A DNA stretch of 64,000 bases from an uncultured Gammaproteobacteria bacterium (GTDB lineage: Bacteria; Patescibacteriota; Microgenomatia; UBA12405; JAHJSD01), in the NCBI GenBank assembly GCA_964428655.1, contig CAYRYE010000001.1, positions 218,258 through 282,257 on the forward strand, in the 5' to 3' direction. This document shows, in pieces, positions 21,657 to 29,985 of this stretch. The position numbers and the translations under genes are program-made. Below the pieces are notes generated by a model. That model worked only from the letters and a program-made list of their open reading frames with translations, made no database searches and had not been told where the DNA came from. The number at the start of each line of letters is the position of its first letter. Position 1 is the first letter of the stretch.

Positions 21657-22817
21657 ATGAAAGCAAAGCTTTATCTAGACTATGCCGCTACTACTCCGGT
21701 TGACCCTCTGGTAGTGAAGGCAATGCTGCCATATTTTAGTGATAAATTTGGCAACTCCGCATCTTTACATTATTTTGGCCAGCAGGCAAAAAAAGCGCTG
21801 GATAAAAGCCGCAATACTATTGCCGAATCTTTGGGTGCAAACCCTGAAGAACTTGTTTTTACTGCTTCAGCAACAGAAAGCAATAATTTAGCTCTAAAGG
21901 GAATTGCCCTTGCTAATCAAGAAAAGGGAAAACATATTATTATTTCTTCTATTGAACATGATTGTGTTTTAAATAGTGCTAAGTGGTTGGAAAGTCAGGG
22001 ATTTAAGATTAGTTATTTACCAGTAGATAAGCATGGATTAGTTGACCCGGGCGATGTTGGGAAAGCAATCAGGAAAGATACAGTTTTAGTTTCCATTATG
22101 CATGCTAATAATGAAATTGGCACAATTCAGCCGATTGAGAAAATAGGCAGAATTTGCCGTCAAAGAGAAGTTTATTTTCACACTGACGCCGCTCAAACCT
22201 TTGGCAAGATTCCTATTGATGTGAGGAAAGTGAATATTGATCTCCTGACCGCCTCGTCTCATAAAATGTATGGTCCAAAAGGAATAGCTCTTTTGTATGT
22301 CAGGCAAGACGTGAAAATAGTCTCGATTTTGCATGGCGGCGGCCATGAATTTGGATTAAGGTCCTCGACAGTTAATATTCCTGGCATTGTTGGCTTTGCC
22401 AAAGCAGTTGAACTTTGTCAATCAGAAAGAAAGAAAGAAACAGGACGATTAATTGAATTAAGAGATAGAGTAATTAAGACTGTTTTAAAAGAAATCCCTG
22501 ATTCAAAATTAAACGGTCATCCTAAAAGAAGATTACCTAATAATATTAATTTCAGCTTTTCTTTTATTGAAGGAGAATCACTGGTTTTAAAACTTAATAG
22601 CCATGGTATTGCTGTTTCCACTGGTTCGGCTTGTTCTTCTCCTAAACTAGAGCCAAGTCATGTGCTTTTGGCAATAGGGTTAAAGCATAAACAAGCCCAT
22701 GGTTCATTGAGAATAACCTTGGGCAGATGGACAACAAAAGAGGAAATAAATTATTTTTTAAAGGTTTTACCAAAAGTAATAAAGGAATTGCGCGCGATCT
22801 CGCCGTTTAAAAAATAA
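21657..22817 (+). CDS. iscS: Cysteine desulfurase (IscS/NifS type)
   Basis: YLDYAATTP, HTDAAQ, SSHKMYGPKG (PLP Lys), STGSACSS (catalytic Cys). Confidence 0.96.
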   Translation: MKAKLYLDYAATTPVDPLVVKAMLPYFSDKFGNSASLHYFGQQAKKALDKSRNTIAESLGANPEELVFTASATESNNLALKGIALANQEKGKHIIISSIEHDCVLNSAKWLESQGFKISYLPVDKHGLVDPGDVGKAIRKDTVLVSIMHANNEIGTIQPIEKIGRICRQREVYFHTDAAQTFGKIPIDVRKVNIDLLTASSHKMYGPKGIALLYVRQDVKIVSILHGGGHEFGLRSSTVNIPGIVGFAKAVELCQSERKKETGRLIELRDRVIKTVLKEIPDSKLNGHPKRRLPNNINFSFSFIEGESLVLKLNSHGIAVSTGSACSSPKLEPSHVLLAIGLKHKQAHGSLRITLGRWTTKEEINYFLKVLPKVIKELRAISPFKK

Positions 22818-22820
22818 ACA

Positions 22821-23291
22821 ATGTACACCAAAAAAGTACTTGATTATTTTAGAAATCCTAAAAATTACGGCAAACTGAAAAACCCGGATGGAATTGGCAG
22901 AGTGGGCAACATTATCTGTGGCGATGTAATGCAGCTTTATATTAAAGTAGGTAAAAACAAAAAAGGCGAAGAAGTTATTGAGGACATTAAATTTGAAACC
23001 TTTGGCTGTGCCGCCGCCATTTCTACTAGCAGTGTAATAACGGATTTAGCCAAGGGAAAAACCTTGAATAAAGCCCTGAAAATTGATCAACGGAAAGTTG
23101 TTTCTTCCTTGGGCGGTTTGCCGCCAATTAAAATTCACTGTTCGGTTTTAGCCGCTGACGCTTTGGCCGAAGCAATTTATAACTATCTTTCCAAAAATAA
23201 AAAGCCAATTCCTAAAGATTTACAAAAAAGACGCTCCAGGATTGAGAAAGAAAAGAAATTGATTAAAGAAAAATACAAAGATTTTTATTAA
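22821..23291 (+). CDS. iscU: Fe-S cluster scaffold IscU/NifU-N
   Basis: GNIICGDVM, FETFGCAAAI, LPPIKIHCSVLA. Confidence 0.95.
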   Translation: MYTKKVLDYFRNPKNYGKLKNPDGIGRVGNIICGDVMQLYIKVGKNKKGEEVIEDIKFETFGCAAAISTSSVITDLAKGKTLNKALKIDQRKVVSSLGGLPPIKIHCSVLAADALAEAIYNYLSKNKKPIPKDLQKRRSRIEKEKKLIKEKYKDFY

Positions 23292-23342
23292 TTTTTACAC
23301 GCTCCGGGACCTGCTAGTTCGGCAGGCAGGTGTTCCGCATAA

Positions 23343-23657
23343 TTAGTCGTTTTCTGAGTCAGGAGATCCACCTTTATCTAAACGCTTGGAATATTTTTCT
23401 AAAACCTCTGCAAGTGCCTCTTCAAGATCAATATCAAGTAGATTGGCAGTAACGATTAGTGAAAAAAGAGAGTCTCCAAGTTCAGACCTGGTTTTTGCTC
23501 TGGGTTCAGGAGGCTTTTTACCATAGTCAGTCATTTTTAAAATCTCTTTAGCAACCTCACCAATTTCTGAAACTAAATCTAAGACTCTATGTTCCAATGG
23601 TGCGTTTAGATTATGCTTTTGACAAAAATCTCTAACCTGATATTGAAGCTGTTTCAT
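23343..23657 (-). CDS. MazG-like nucleotide pyrophosphohydrolase
   Basis: SEIGEVAKE and ELGD all-alpha NTP-PPase motifs. Confidence 0.85.
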   Translation of the reverse strand: MKQLQYQVRDFCQKHNLNAPLEHRVLDLVSEIGEVAKEILKMTDYGKKPPEPRAKTRSELGDSLFSLIVTANLLDIDLEEALAEVLEKYSKRLDKGGSPDSEND

Positions 23658-23687
23658 CTTTGTAGAATTTTGAATTAATAAAATTTC

Positions 23688-23781
23688 ATCTAACGTTTCG
23701 GACCATATGGGATCCTGATTACAATCTTATCAGGATTTGGGAAAATTTTCTTTTGAATTTTCCGTATAGCCCGTGTTAGGC
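23688..23781 (-). mobile_element. Integron attC site (94 bp)
   Basis: Minus strand: R'' GCCTAAC 10 nt after the stop of the 68-aa ORF, R' GTTAGAT; L-box pairing ATATGGGA/TTCCGTAT; inner hairpin TCCTGAT/ATCAGGA. Confidence 0.8.
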
Positions 23782-23791
23782 GATATCTACT

Positions 23792-23998
23792 TTAAAGAGC
23801 TCTGGCCCTCTCTCTAAGATTTAGAGCGCCCCGATGCCATTCTACTAATCTTTTAACCCTCCCCCTTCTTATTTTTGGAGTTTGAAGAGACCACGGATGT
23901 TTTTTTACTACATCACGGGCCCAAATCATACCATTTGCTCCTTGTGCTAATATTCGTCTCGCTTCTGCAAAATCAAAATCACTCTCGCCTTTTGCCAT
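23792..23998 (-). CDS. Hypothetical 68-aa cassette-borne protein
   Basis: Strong SD AAGGAGGTGA upstream; sits between two att-like sites. Confidence 0.7.
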   Translation of the reverse strand: MAKGESDFDFAEARRILAQGANGMIWARDVVKKHPWSLQTPKIRRGRVKRLVEWHRGALNLRERARAL

Positions 23999-24037
23999 TT
24001 TCAGGTCACCTCCTTTTTGTCACTCAAAGTTAAAAGT

Positions 24038-24070
24038 AAATTTCGTTTAACGTTTAGGTATATCTGAAGT
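24038..24070 (-). mobile_element. Half att site (R' end of a truncated attC or an attI)
   Basis: Minus-strand GTTAAAC (GTTRRRY); 24038-24058 is 18/21 identical to 23681-23701. Confidence 0.6.
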
Positions 24071-24156
24071 TTAGCAAAAACCTTGAGTTTTATCAAAGAA
24101 ACCATGAAAAACAATTATTTCACTGATGACTAAACTTATATGTTATAATATAGGCT

Positions 24157-24564
24157 ATGAGAATAATTGTGCTAGATAGCTGTCGAGGATTGGTTAGTGA
24201 AGTTACAGAAGGGCGGAAAAAAGGCCATGAATTGGGTCGACGTTTTGTTAGGAACCAGAGAGCAGTAGCTCAAAGCGGAGATCCGAAAATAAGGCGGGCG
24301 TGTGGTCCAGCCGCTCGAAGGGCGATCAGTGAAGGAATTTTAGGTGAACCCAATAGTAATGTAAGAGTAAGGGATTTTGTTGCTGACGCACTACTTCCGT
24401 CCGAAAGTCCGCTTAGCTTGTTAATACCCACAGGAAGAGAACTTCGGTCAAGGGTAAGAAGAGTGGGAAGAAACGTGGGGTTTGTGCAGGGAGTAAGTGA
24501 AGAGTTGGGTGGTTTAGGAAACATTGATCAATTGGTTCCGAGACCTAAACAAAGAGGAAGATAG
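24157..24564 (+). CDS. Hypothetical Arg-rich protein
   Basis: 135-aa ORF with TGtTATAAT 7 nt before the ATG; no motif recognised. Confidence 0.6.
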   Translation: MRIIVLDSCRGLVSEVTEGRKKGHELGRRFVRNQRAVAQSGDPKIRRACGPAARRAISEGILGEPNSNVRVRDFVADALLPSESPLSLLIPTGRELRSRVRRVGRNVGFVQGVSEELGGLGNIDQLVPRPKQRGR

Positions 24565-24591
24565 CTTCATCAGTCTAAAGACAATTGTTTT

Positions 24592-24655
24592 TTTAATTCT
24601 CCCTTCCCTATTTTTCAACCTTTTGGGTGAAAGGCAGAGGGGAATTAAAGGGGTG
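24592..24655. repeat. Imperfect palindrome at the left flank of the R-M/lexA block
   Basis: TTTAATTCTCCC...GAGGGGAATTAAA; TATTTTTCAACC and AGAGGGGAATTAA recur inverted at 28681-28692 and 28624-28636. Confidence 0.6.
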
Positions 24656-24672
24656 AATGCCTGAGTCCAAAA

Positions 24673-25074
24673 TTATTTTAGTAATCTTACTTTTTGAACT
24701 GTATTTTCAAAGTTTTTCATCAATTCGTGTTCCCAAATTCTAATAACTTTCCAAGTTTTCTTCTTGTAATATCTATTAACCTTTTTATCTCTTGTCTTAT
24801 TTCGTTCAATTTTGCCTGTCCAATATTTTTTATTTGTCGACGGCATTCTGCAATGTTTTTTACAACCGTGCCAAAAACAAGAATCAATAAAAATTACTGT
24901 TTTATATTTTTTCAAAACCAAATCAGGTTTTCCAAAATATTTTGTTGAATTTTTTCGATACCTAAGTCCAGCTTTCCAAATCGCTTTTCTAAAATCAACC
25001 TCAATCTTACTATCCCTACTCCTCACTTTTGACATTATTTCACTTCTTTGCTGCTTCGAAACTGTATCTGTCAT
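24673..25074 (-). CDS. vsr: Very short patch repair endonuclease
   Basis: MTDTVSKQQRSEIMSKV, GKPD, FIDSCFWHGC, VIRIWEHE. Confidence 0.95.
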   Translation of the reverse strand: MTDTVSKQQRSEIMSKVRSRDSKIEVDFRKAIWKAGLRYRKNSTKYFGKPDLVLKKYKTVIFIDSCFWHGCKKHCRMPSTNKKYWTGKIERNKTRDKKVNRYYKKKTWKVIRIWEHELMKNFENTVQKVRLLK

Positions 25075-25075
25075 C

Positions 25076-25837
25076 TCAGTCGTTAAAAAGCTCAACAGGA
25101 TTTATTTTAAATTGAAGCATTTTTGAAGTATCTCGTCCCGCATCCCCTCCTTTCCTTTGCATTCCGATTCTCCCAATTTTTAAACTGCCTTGCGATGTTA
25201 TTTTAACATCGCCGTCTCCAAAAACATTCATGGCCTCGTTTATTGACTTCAGTATCCATCTACTACTGTCATTAATTTTTAGAATCACCAAAACCCAGTC
25301 GGCAGAAAATTCTCCCCTGCCCTTTAACAAATCGGAGACAATCAAAATTTTGTTATTTTCAAAAAATCTTACAACTTTATCTTGATCGTCTTTATTCATT
25401 TCTGTTAAAAACATTCTCCGCTTGTCTTTTAATCCCTTTTTGATCGGCTTTAGCTCCCCGGTAAAAAGCTTCAGGATTTTTGCGATATCTTCCGGGATGT
25501 TCCAAAGTTCAATATACTTATCAACCCATCTTTTGTCTATTTGGTTAAATCCTTGAGGATTGCTAACAAGTTTTACTTGCAGGTTTTGCAAGTCCTCTTG
25601 AGATTTTAACTTAATGATAATTTTAACTCTAACTTGAACATCAGCTTTGTACTGTCCGCGAACTTTTTCTGCTTTTACATATTCAATGTCTGAAATACTA
25701 TAACCCATAACTTCTAACCACTTTTGAGCCGTTTTGTCTTTTTTCCAATCGTTAAAACGATTAATTACGTTTTTTTCGTTTCTGAAACCGCCTTTTGCGA
25801 TTTGAGAACCTAATTTCGCTAACTGTTTTTTATTCAT
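25076..25837 (-). CDS. Type II restriction endonuclease, HinP1I-like (probably GCGC)
   Basis: LGS..AK.GF.NE, QVKLVSN..GFNQIDK.W, QRKGGD.GR...MLQFKI.P.ELF match R.HinP1I as recalled. Confidence 0.85.
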   Translation of the reverse strand: MNKKQLAKLGSQIAKGGFRNEKNVINRFNDWKKDKTAQKWLEVMGYSISDIEYVKAEKVRGQYKADVQVRVKIIIKLKSQEDLQNLQVKLVSNPQGFNQIDKRWVDKYIELWNIPEDIAKILKLFTGELKPIKKGLKDKRRMFLTEMNKDDQDKVVRFFENNKILIVSDLLKGRGEFSADWVLVILKINDSSRWILKSINEAMNVFGDGDVKITSQGSLKIGRIGMQRKGGDAGRDTSKMLQFKINPVELFND

Positions 25838-25841
25838 AAAT

Positions 25842-26819
25842 TCAATTTAAGTAATTTAATAAACTTTGACCAAATGATTCAACGACATTTACGGTCATGG
25901 CGTTCCCCGCCTGACTTAACAAATCAGTGTCCGAAATTTTACCTTTGACTTTTTTTGACAACTTTTCGGGAAACCCTTGTAACAACAAAGATTCATATCC
26001 AGACAGTTTTCTAAATTTTCCGCCCCTCACATATAAAATACCATGCCTCCCTTTTCTAAGAGTTGGCACTTTGCCACGATATAGGCGCAAGTCAGATTGG
26101 CGAGTATCAATGACTAAAAATTGTTCTTTTAATAACTCATTGATTGAAAATTTACCTTTGTTGTATTTATTTTCCAAATATCTCAAAAAGGTTTGATAGG
26201 CTCTTTTCTTTTCATGAAACTCTAACTCATTAGTGTCAATCAAATATTCTTTTAATTCCGGTTTTTTAACTGATTGTGGAAAATTAAAAGCGTTACCGTT
26301 TCTTAAATCCTTCCGCACACCAATAAAATAAATTCTCTCCCTCATTTGCGGAACTCCATAGCACAAACTGCTTACTAGTTTCCAATAAACTTTATAACCA
26401 GCCTTTTCTAGCTCGCTTAAAATGTTTTTAAAAGACTGTCCATTGCCATGATTCAGTAAACCCTTTACATTTTCCAGAATGAAATATTTCAGATTTTTCG
26501 CTTTCATTATGTTTATCAACCCATAAATAATCTGACCTCGCGGATCGCACATTCCAGTTCTTTGTCCAATGACTGAGAAGGTTTGACATGGAAAGCCTGC
26601 AATCATCAAGTCAAAGCCCGGCAAGTCATCTGGAGTTATCTTCATCAAATCACCATAATTAGCTTCATTTTTTCCAAAAAATACCCTATATGTTTCTTCG
26701 GCTTTTCTATTAATTTCCGAAAAACCCACACATTTCATTCCACTATTTTCAAGACCAATTCTCCCCCCGCCAATACCAGCACAAAAATCTATAAATTTCA
26801 GTTTCTTGTTCAATGCCAT
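25842..26819 (-). CDS. DNA (cytosine-5)-methyltransferase of the R-M system
   Basis: F-AGIGG (I), GFPCQ (IV), ENVKG (VI), PQMRERIY (VIII), QAGNAM (X). Confidence 0.96.
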   Translation of the reverse strand: MALNKKLKFIDFCAGIGGGRIGLENSGMKCVGFSEINRKAEETYRVFFGKNEANYGDLMKITPDDLPGFDLMIAGFPCQTFSVIGQRTGMCDPRGQIIYGLINIMKAKNLKYFILENVKGLLNHGNGQSFKNILSELEKAGYKVYWKLVSSLCYGVPQMRERIYFIGVRKDLRNGNAFNFPQSVKKPELKEYLIDTNELEFHEKKRAYQTFLRYLENKYNKGKFSINELLKEQFLVIDTRQSDLRLYRGKVPTLRKGRHGILYVRGGKFRKLSGYESLLLQGFPEKLSKKVKGKISDTDLLSQAGNAMTVNVVESFGQSLLNYLN

Positions 26820-26890
26820 AATTTCATTTTACTAAAAATTTCTATTAATTCGTATTGCCTTTGTTTTTTTAAGACAAAACCAATAGAAAA

Positions 26891-27892
26891 CTAAGACTTA
26901 CTAGGTCTCTCCTTATTTTTTTTACGTGACCTTTCAACAAAGTGCTCAACTTTGTCTTTCCAACCAGAAATATGGGGGACTCTATTAAACTCCTTTCCAT
27001 GTCTACCAGACAAGAGCTCTGTTCTGGTGCACTTACTCAGCTCTTGCCAATTACTATACATAATATAAATAGCATTTCCGTATTCAACGTTTTCAAAAAC
27101 TACTAGATCTTTTTCTAAAAGTGCACCAAAGTAACGTTGTATTCCGCTCATTCCGTAAACAAGCTTTTTGGGCCTAAGTTTTTTAAAAAAGTCGTATCTT
27201 TCTCCAGCAGTCTTTTTCTTTTCCTCTGGAACGGGCGATTTATATCCGGCAAAAATTCTATCCACAACTTCTTCTCGGGTCCCTGGTGGAAGAATTATCC
27301 AATCAACCTTTGTTGTTTGTAAGTAATCATTGAATGAGGCATTTGCTTTTTGAACCCCGCACATGCCAATATTTTCCTGAAGGATATTTAAACACTTTAA
27401 CAGATCTCTTTCAAAATTTGGATCTTTTCTGTCAAGCACGCTATCTAGCTCAAATGTAAGCACATACTGCTTTTTATTCTTACCTTTTTCCTTGGTATTA
27501 ATTTTGACACAAATATGTTCTGGTCCATAAAAATCTCGTGGATATTTCCTGTATGGAAGGTCGACACGATGGGACCCATTGTACCAATCTCCATAATTAG
27601 GACATTCAACCGAATTATAATGAGTTTCCTTGGGGAGGTCTTTACGAATAACTGCATATCCATCGATATTTCTCCTGCTGTATTTTCCACTAGTCACTGG
27701 AGGAACCGCAGGATCTTCAGGAACAATGAGCTCCTCGTTGCTTAAATGAATGCCAAGATGTTTAAGTTCTCCTTGTAGTAACTGTTGAGAAGAAACAATT
27801 TTAAGACATGCTGCTACAATATAACGTTCATTGAGTCTTTTTAATTGCACGTGTACAAGTTTTGGAATCTTCCGAATATTTTTTTTAGCCAT
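26891..27892 (-). CDS. Conserved hypothetical 333-aa protein, candidate defence/toxin effector
   Basis: Long ORF overlapping the lexA stop by 8 nt; motifs W.ILPPG, EN..YGNA.Y, W..LSK..R.ELL, R..H..GW. Confidence 0.8.
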   Translation of the reverse strand: MAKKNIRKIPKLVHVQLKRLNERYIVAACLKIVSSQQLLQGELKHLGIHLSNEELIVPEDPAVPPVTSGKYSRRNIDGYAVIRKDLPKETHYNSVECPNYGDWYNGSHRVDLPYRKYPRDFYGPEHICVKINTKEKGKNKKQYVLTFELDSVLDRKDPNFERDLLKCLNILQENIGMCGVQKANASFNDYLQTTKVDWIILPPGTREEVVDRIFAGYKSPVPEEKKKTAGERYDFFKKLRPKKLVYGMSGIQRYFGALLEKDLVVFENVEYGNAIYIMYSNWQELSKCTRTELLSGRHGKEFNRVPHISGWKDKVEHFVERSRKKNKERPSKS

Positions 27893-28523
27893 GCTGGTTT
27901 TGATAATTAATAGGTATTACGCTAACAACAACACCCTGAACTTTAAAGTCATTTGTTAAAATAATTGGTTTATTTTTTGGGTTGGATGACTTTGGCTTCA
28001 ATACAATTGCATTCCCGACGTGATTATATTCCTTAATAGTGGTCTCATCGTCTATTAGAGCAACCACTCGATCTTTATTTTTGGCCGTTGATTGCTGACG
28101 AATCAATACCAAATTACCATCGTTAATGCCAGCCAAATCCATAGAATCTCCGGATGCACGGAGAATAAAGTATTTCGACCCGGATTTAAGCATAGACGTA
28201 GTGACTGGAATATTACCTTCTATGTTTTCTTCTGATAGTAAAGGCATACCGCACGCGACCATTCCAACAAGCGGAATGTCTTGGGTTTGAGCATGAGTTA
28301 AATTTGACTGAGGATCTTTTATCAATTGATATTTTCCGGATTTTATCTTTTTTAACACATTCTTTTTTTCAAGTTTTTCTAATATATCTTGAGCTGATCT
28401 AGGAGATTTATAGCCAAGAGCCTTCATAAGCTGACGCACTGATGGACTCGATCCATTATGCACCAAAGAATTTCTAATATGCCTTATTGCTTGAAACTCT
28501 TTTTTGCTTAGTTGTTTTTCCAT
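27885..28523 (-). CDS. lexA: LexA-family repressor (wHTH + S24 autopeptidase)
   Basis: SPSVRQL...LGYKSPRS HTH; IPLVGMVACG cleavage site; GDSM (Ser); TTIKE (Lys). Confidence 0.9.
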   Translation of the reverse strand: MEKQLSKKEFQAIRHIRNSLVHNGSSPSVRQLMKALGYKSPRSAQDILEKLEKKNVLKKIKSGKYQLIKDPQSNLTHAQTQDIPLVGMVACGMPLLSEENIEGNIPVTTSMLKSGSKYFILRASGDSMDLAGINDGNLVLIRQQSTAKNKDRVVALIDDETTIKEYNHVGNAIVLKPKSSNPKNKPIILTNDFKVQGVVVSVIPINYQNQHG

Positions 28524-28561
28524 ACTGTTTGTATGTTACCGTATGTTTTAATCCTTGTCAA
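28521..28561 (-). promoter_or_regulatory. Sigma70 promoter of lexA with overlapping candidate operator
   Basis: Minus strand TTGACA-17 nt-TAACAT-9 nt-ATG; CATAC-N5-GTATG palindrome and tandem AACATAC. Confidence 0.75.
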
Positions 28562-28595
28562 GAGTCCAAGTCGAATACTAAAAAAGCCATAAAAC

Positions 28596-28620
28596 ATCCC
28601 GCCAATGTAGTTGGCGGGAT
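28596..28620. repeat. GC-rich hairpin (REP-like or terminator)
   Basis: ATCCCGCCAA-TGTAG-TTGGCGGGAT perfect 10-bp stem. Confidence 0.65.
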
Positions 28621-28746
28621 TCCTTAATTCCCCTCTAAAATAAAAACAAACTTATCTTTCCCCATACTCAACCTTCTTGGGGTTGAAAAATATTTTTTGA
28701 ATTGCGTATAACTAGTGCTTATGTGAATTGTTTTCGTAATTTCGTT

Positions 28747-28823
28747 TGGTCGGGGATGCCGGACTCGAACCGGCGGCCTCGCGCACCCCATGCGCGCGCG
28801 CTAACCAACTGCGCCAATCCCCG
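28747..28823 (-). tRNA. tRNA-Pro(GGG), CCA encoded
   Basis: Cloverleaf: CGGGGAT/ATCCCCG acceptor stem, CGCGC-ATGGGGT-GCGCG anticodon arm, GGTTCGAGTCC T arm, ACCA end. Confidence 0.97.
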
Positions 28824-28894
28824 TTTCATTGGTTGTATTTTAACATGAATTGTGTTAAAAAAAGTAATATCATTGATTCGTTGAAAGGGGTTTG

Positions 28895-29920
28895 ATGACT
28901 GGAAAAAGAGACGAGAAAAAACAAAAGGCTCAAGCTGTGAAGATAGCAATGGCGCAGATTGAAAAGCAATATGGCAAAGGCTCGATAATGAAGATGGGGT
29001 TAAAACAGAGGAGATTGGAAGTAGATGCCATTTCCACAGGATGTTTGCCTTTGGATATTGCTTTGGGAGTTGGCGGTATTCCTCTTGGGAGAGTAACAGA
29101 GATTTTTGGTCCCGAAGCTTCGGGGAAAACAACTATTTGTCTTCATATTATTACTGAAGCTCAGAAAATGGGTGGATCGGCAGCCTTTATTGATGTTGAA
29201 CATGCTTTGGATCCGAGCAGGGCCAAAGCAATTGGTGTTAAACTGGAGGATCTGATTATTTCTCAACCCGATACTGGAGAGCAGGCTTTAGAAATTGTCG
29301 AGACTTTAGTTAGGTCAGGGGGATTAGATATTGTTGTTGTTGACTCAGTAGCCGCTTTAGTACCTAAAAGTGAAATTGAAGGCCAAATGGGTGATGCTTC
29401 TATTGGAGTTCAGGCAAGGTTGATGTCTCAAGCTTTGAGAAAATTAACGGGAGCAATTTCTAGATCAAAAACGGCTGTTATTTTTACTAATCAAATTAGG
29501 CACAAGATTGGAGTTTTCTTTGGTAATCCCGAAACGACTTCGGGTGGTTTGGCATTAAAGTTCTATTCTTCGGTGAGAATAGATTTAAGAAGAAGAGCAA
29601 GTATTAAAAATTCCCAGGGGGTAGTTATTGGCTCAATGCATAAAGCTAAGGTGGTTAAGAATAAGGTGGCGCCTCCATTTAGAGAGGCAGAGTTTGAGAT
29701 TTTAAATATTGGTGGAGTTTCCAAGATGGGCAGTTTGCTTGATGCAGGTATTCAGGTTAAAGTTGTTGTTCAGAGTGGAGCCTTCTATAAATACGGGAAA
29801 ATTAACCTGGGGCGAGGACGAGAAGCGGCAAAACAATTTTTGACAGGAAATCCTAAATTGGTTAAGGAAATTGAGAAGAAAATTTGGAATGTGATTGAAA
29901 GTGCTTCTTCAACCTTTTAG
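28895..29920 (+). CDS. recA: Recombinase A
   Basis: [40 protein letters not shown]. Confidence 0.99.
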   Translation: MTGKRDEKKQKAQAVKIAMAQIEKQYGKGSIMKMGLKQRRLEVDAISTGCLPLDIALGVGGIPLGRVTEIFGPEASGKTTICLHIITEAQKMGGSAAFIDVEHALDPSRAKAIGVKLEDLIISQPDTGEQALEIVETLVRSGGLDIVVVDSVAALVPKSEIEGQMGDASIGVQARLMSQALRKLTGAISRSKTAVIFTNQIRHKIGVFFGNPETTSGGLALKFYSSVRIDLRRRASIKNSQGVVIGSMHKAKVVKNKVAPPFREAEFEILNIGGVSKMGSLLDAGIQVKVVVQSGAFYKYGKINLGRGREAAKQFLTGNPKLVKEIEKKIWNVIESASSTF

Positions 29921-29985
29921 AGTTTTGTTGTAAAATATATCAATTATGTTTATCTGGAAAATGATTTTTTCTAAAGGAGGTTTTT

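Noticed and set aside
24673-28823. Prophage or integrative element at tRNA-Pro
   Set aside because: No integrase, phage structural genes or duplicated tRNA 3' end found; kept only as a defence islet
28719-29132. 137-aa minus-strand ORF
   Set aside because: Runs through tRNA-Pro and antisense to recA; shadow ORF
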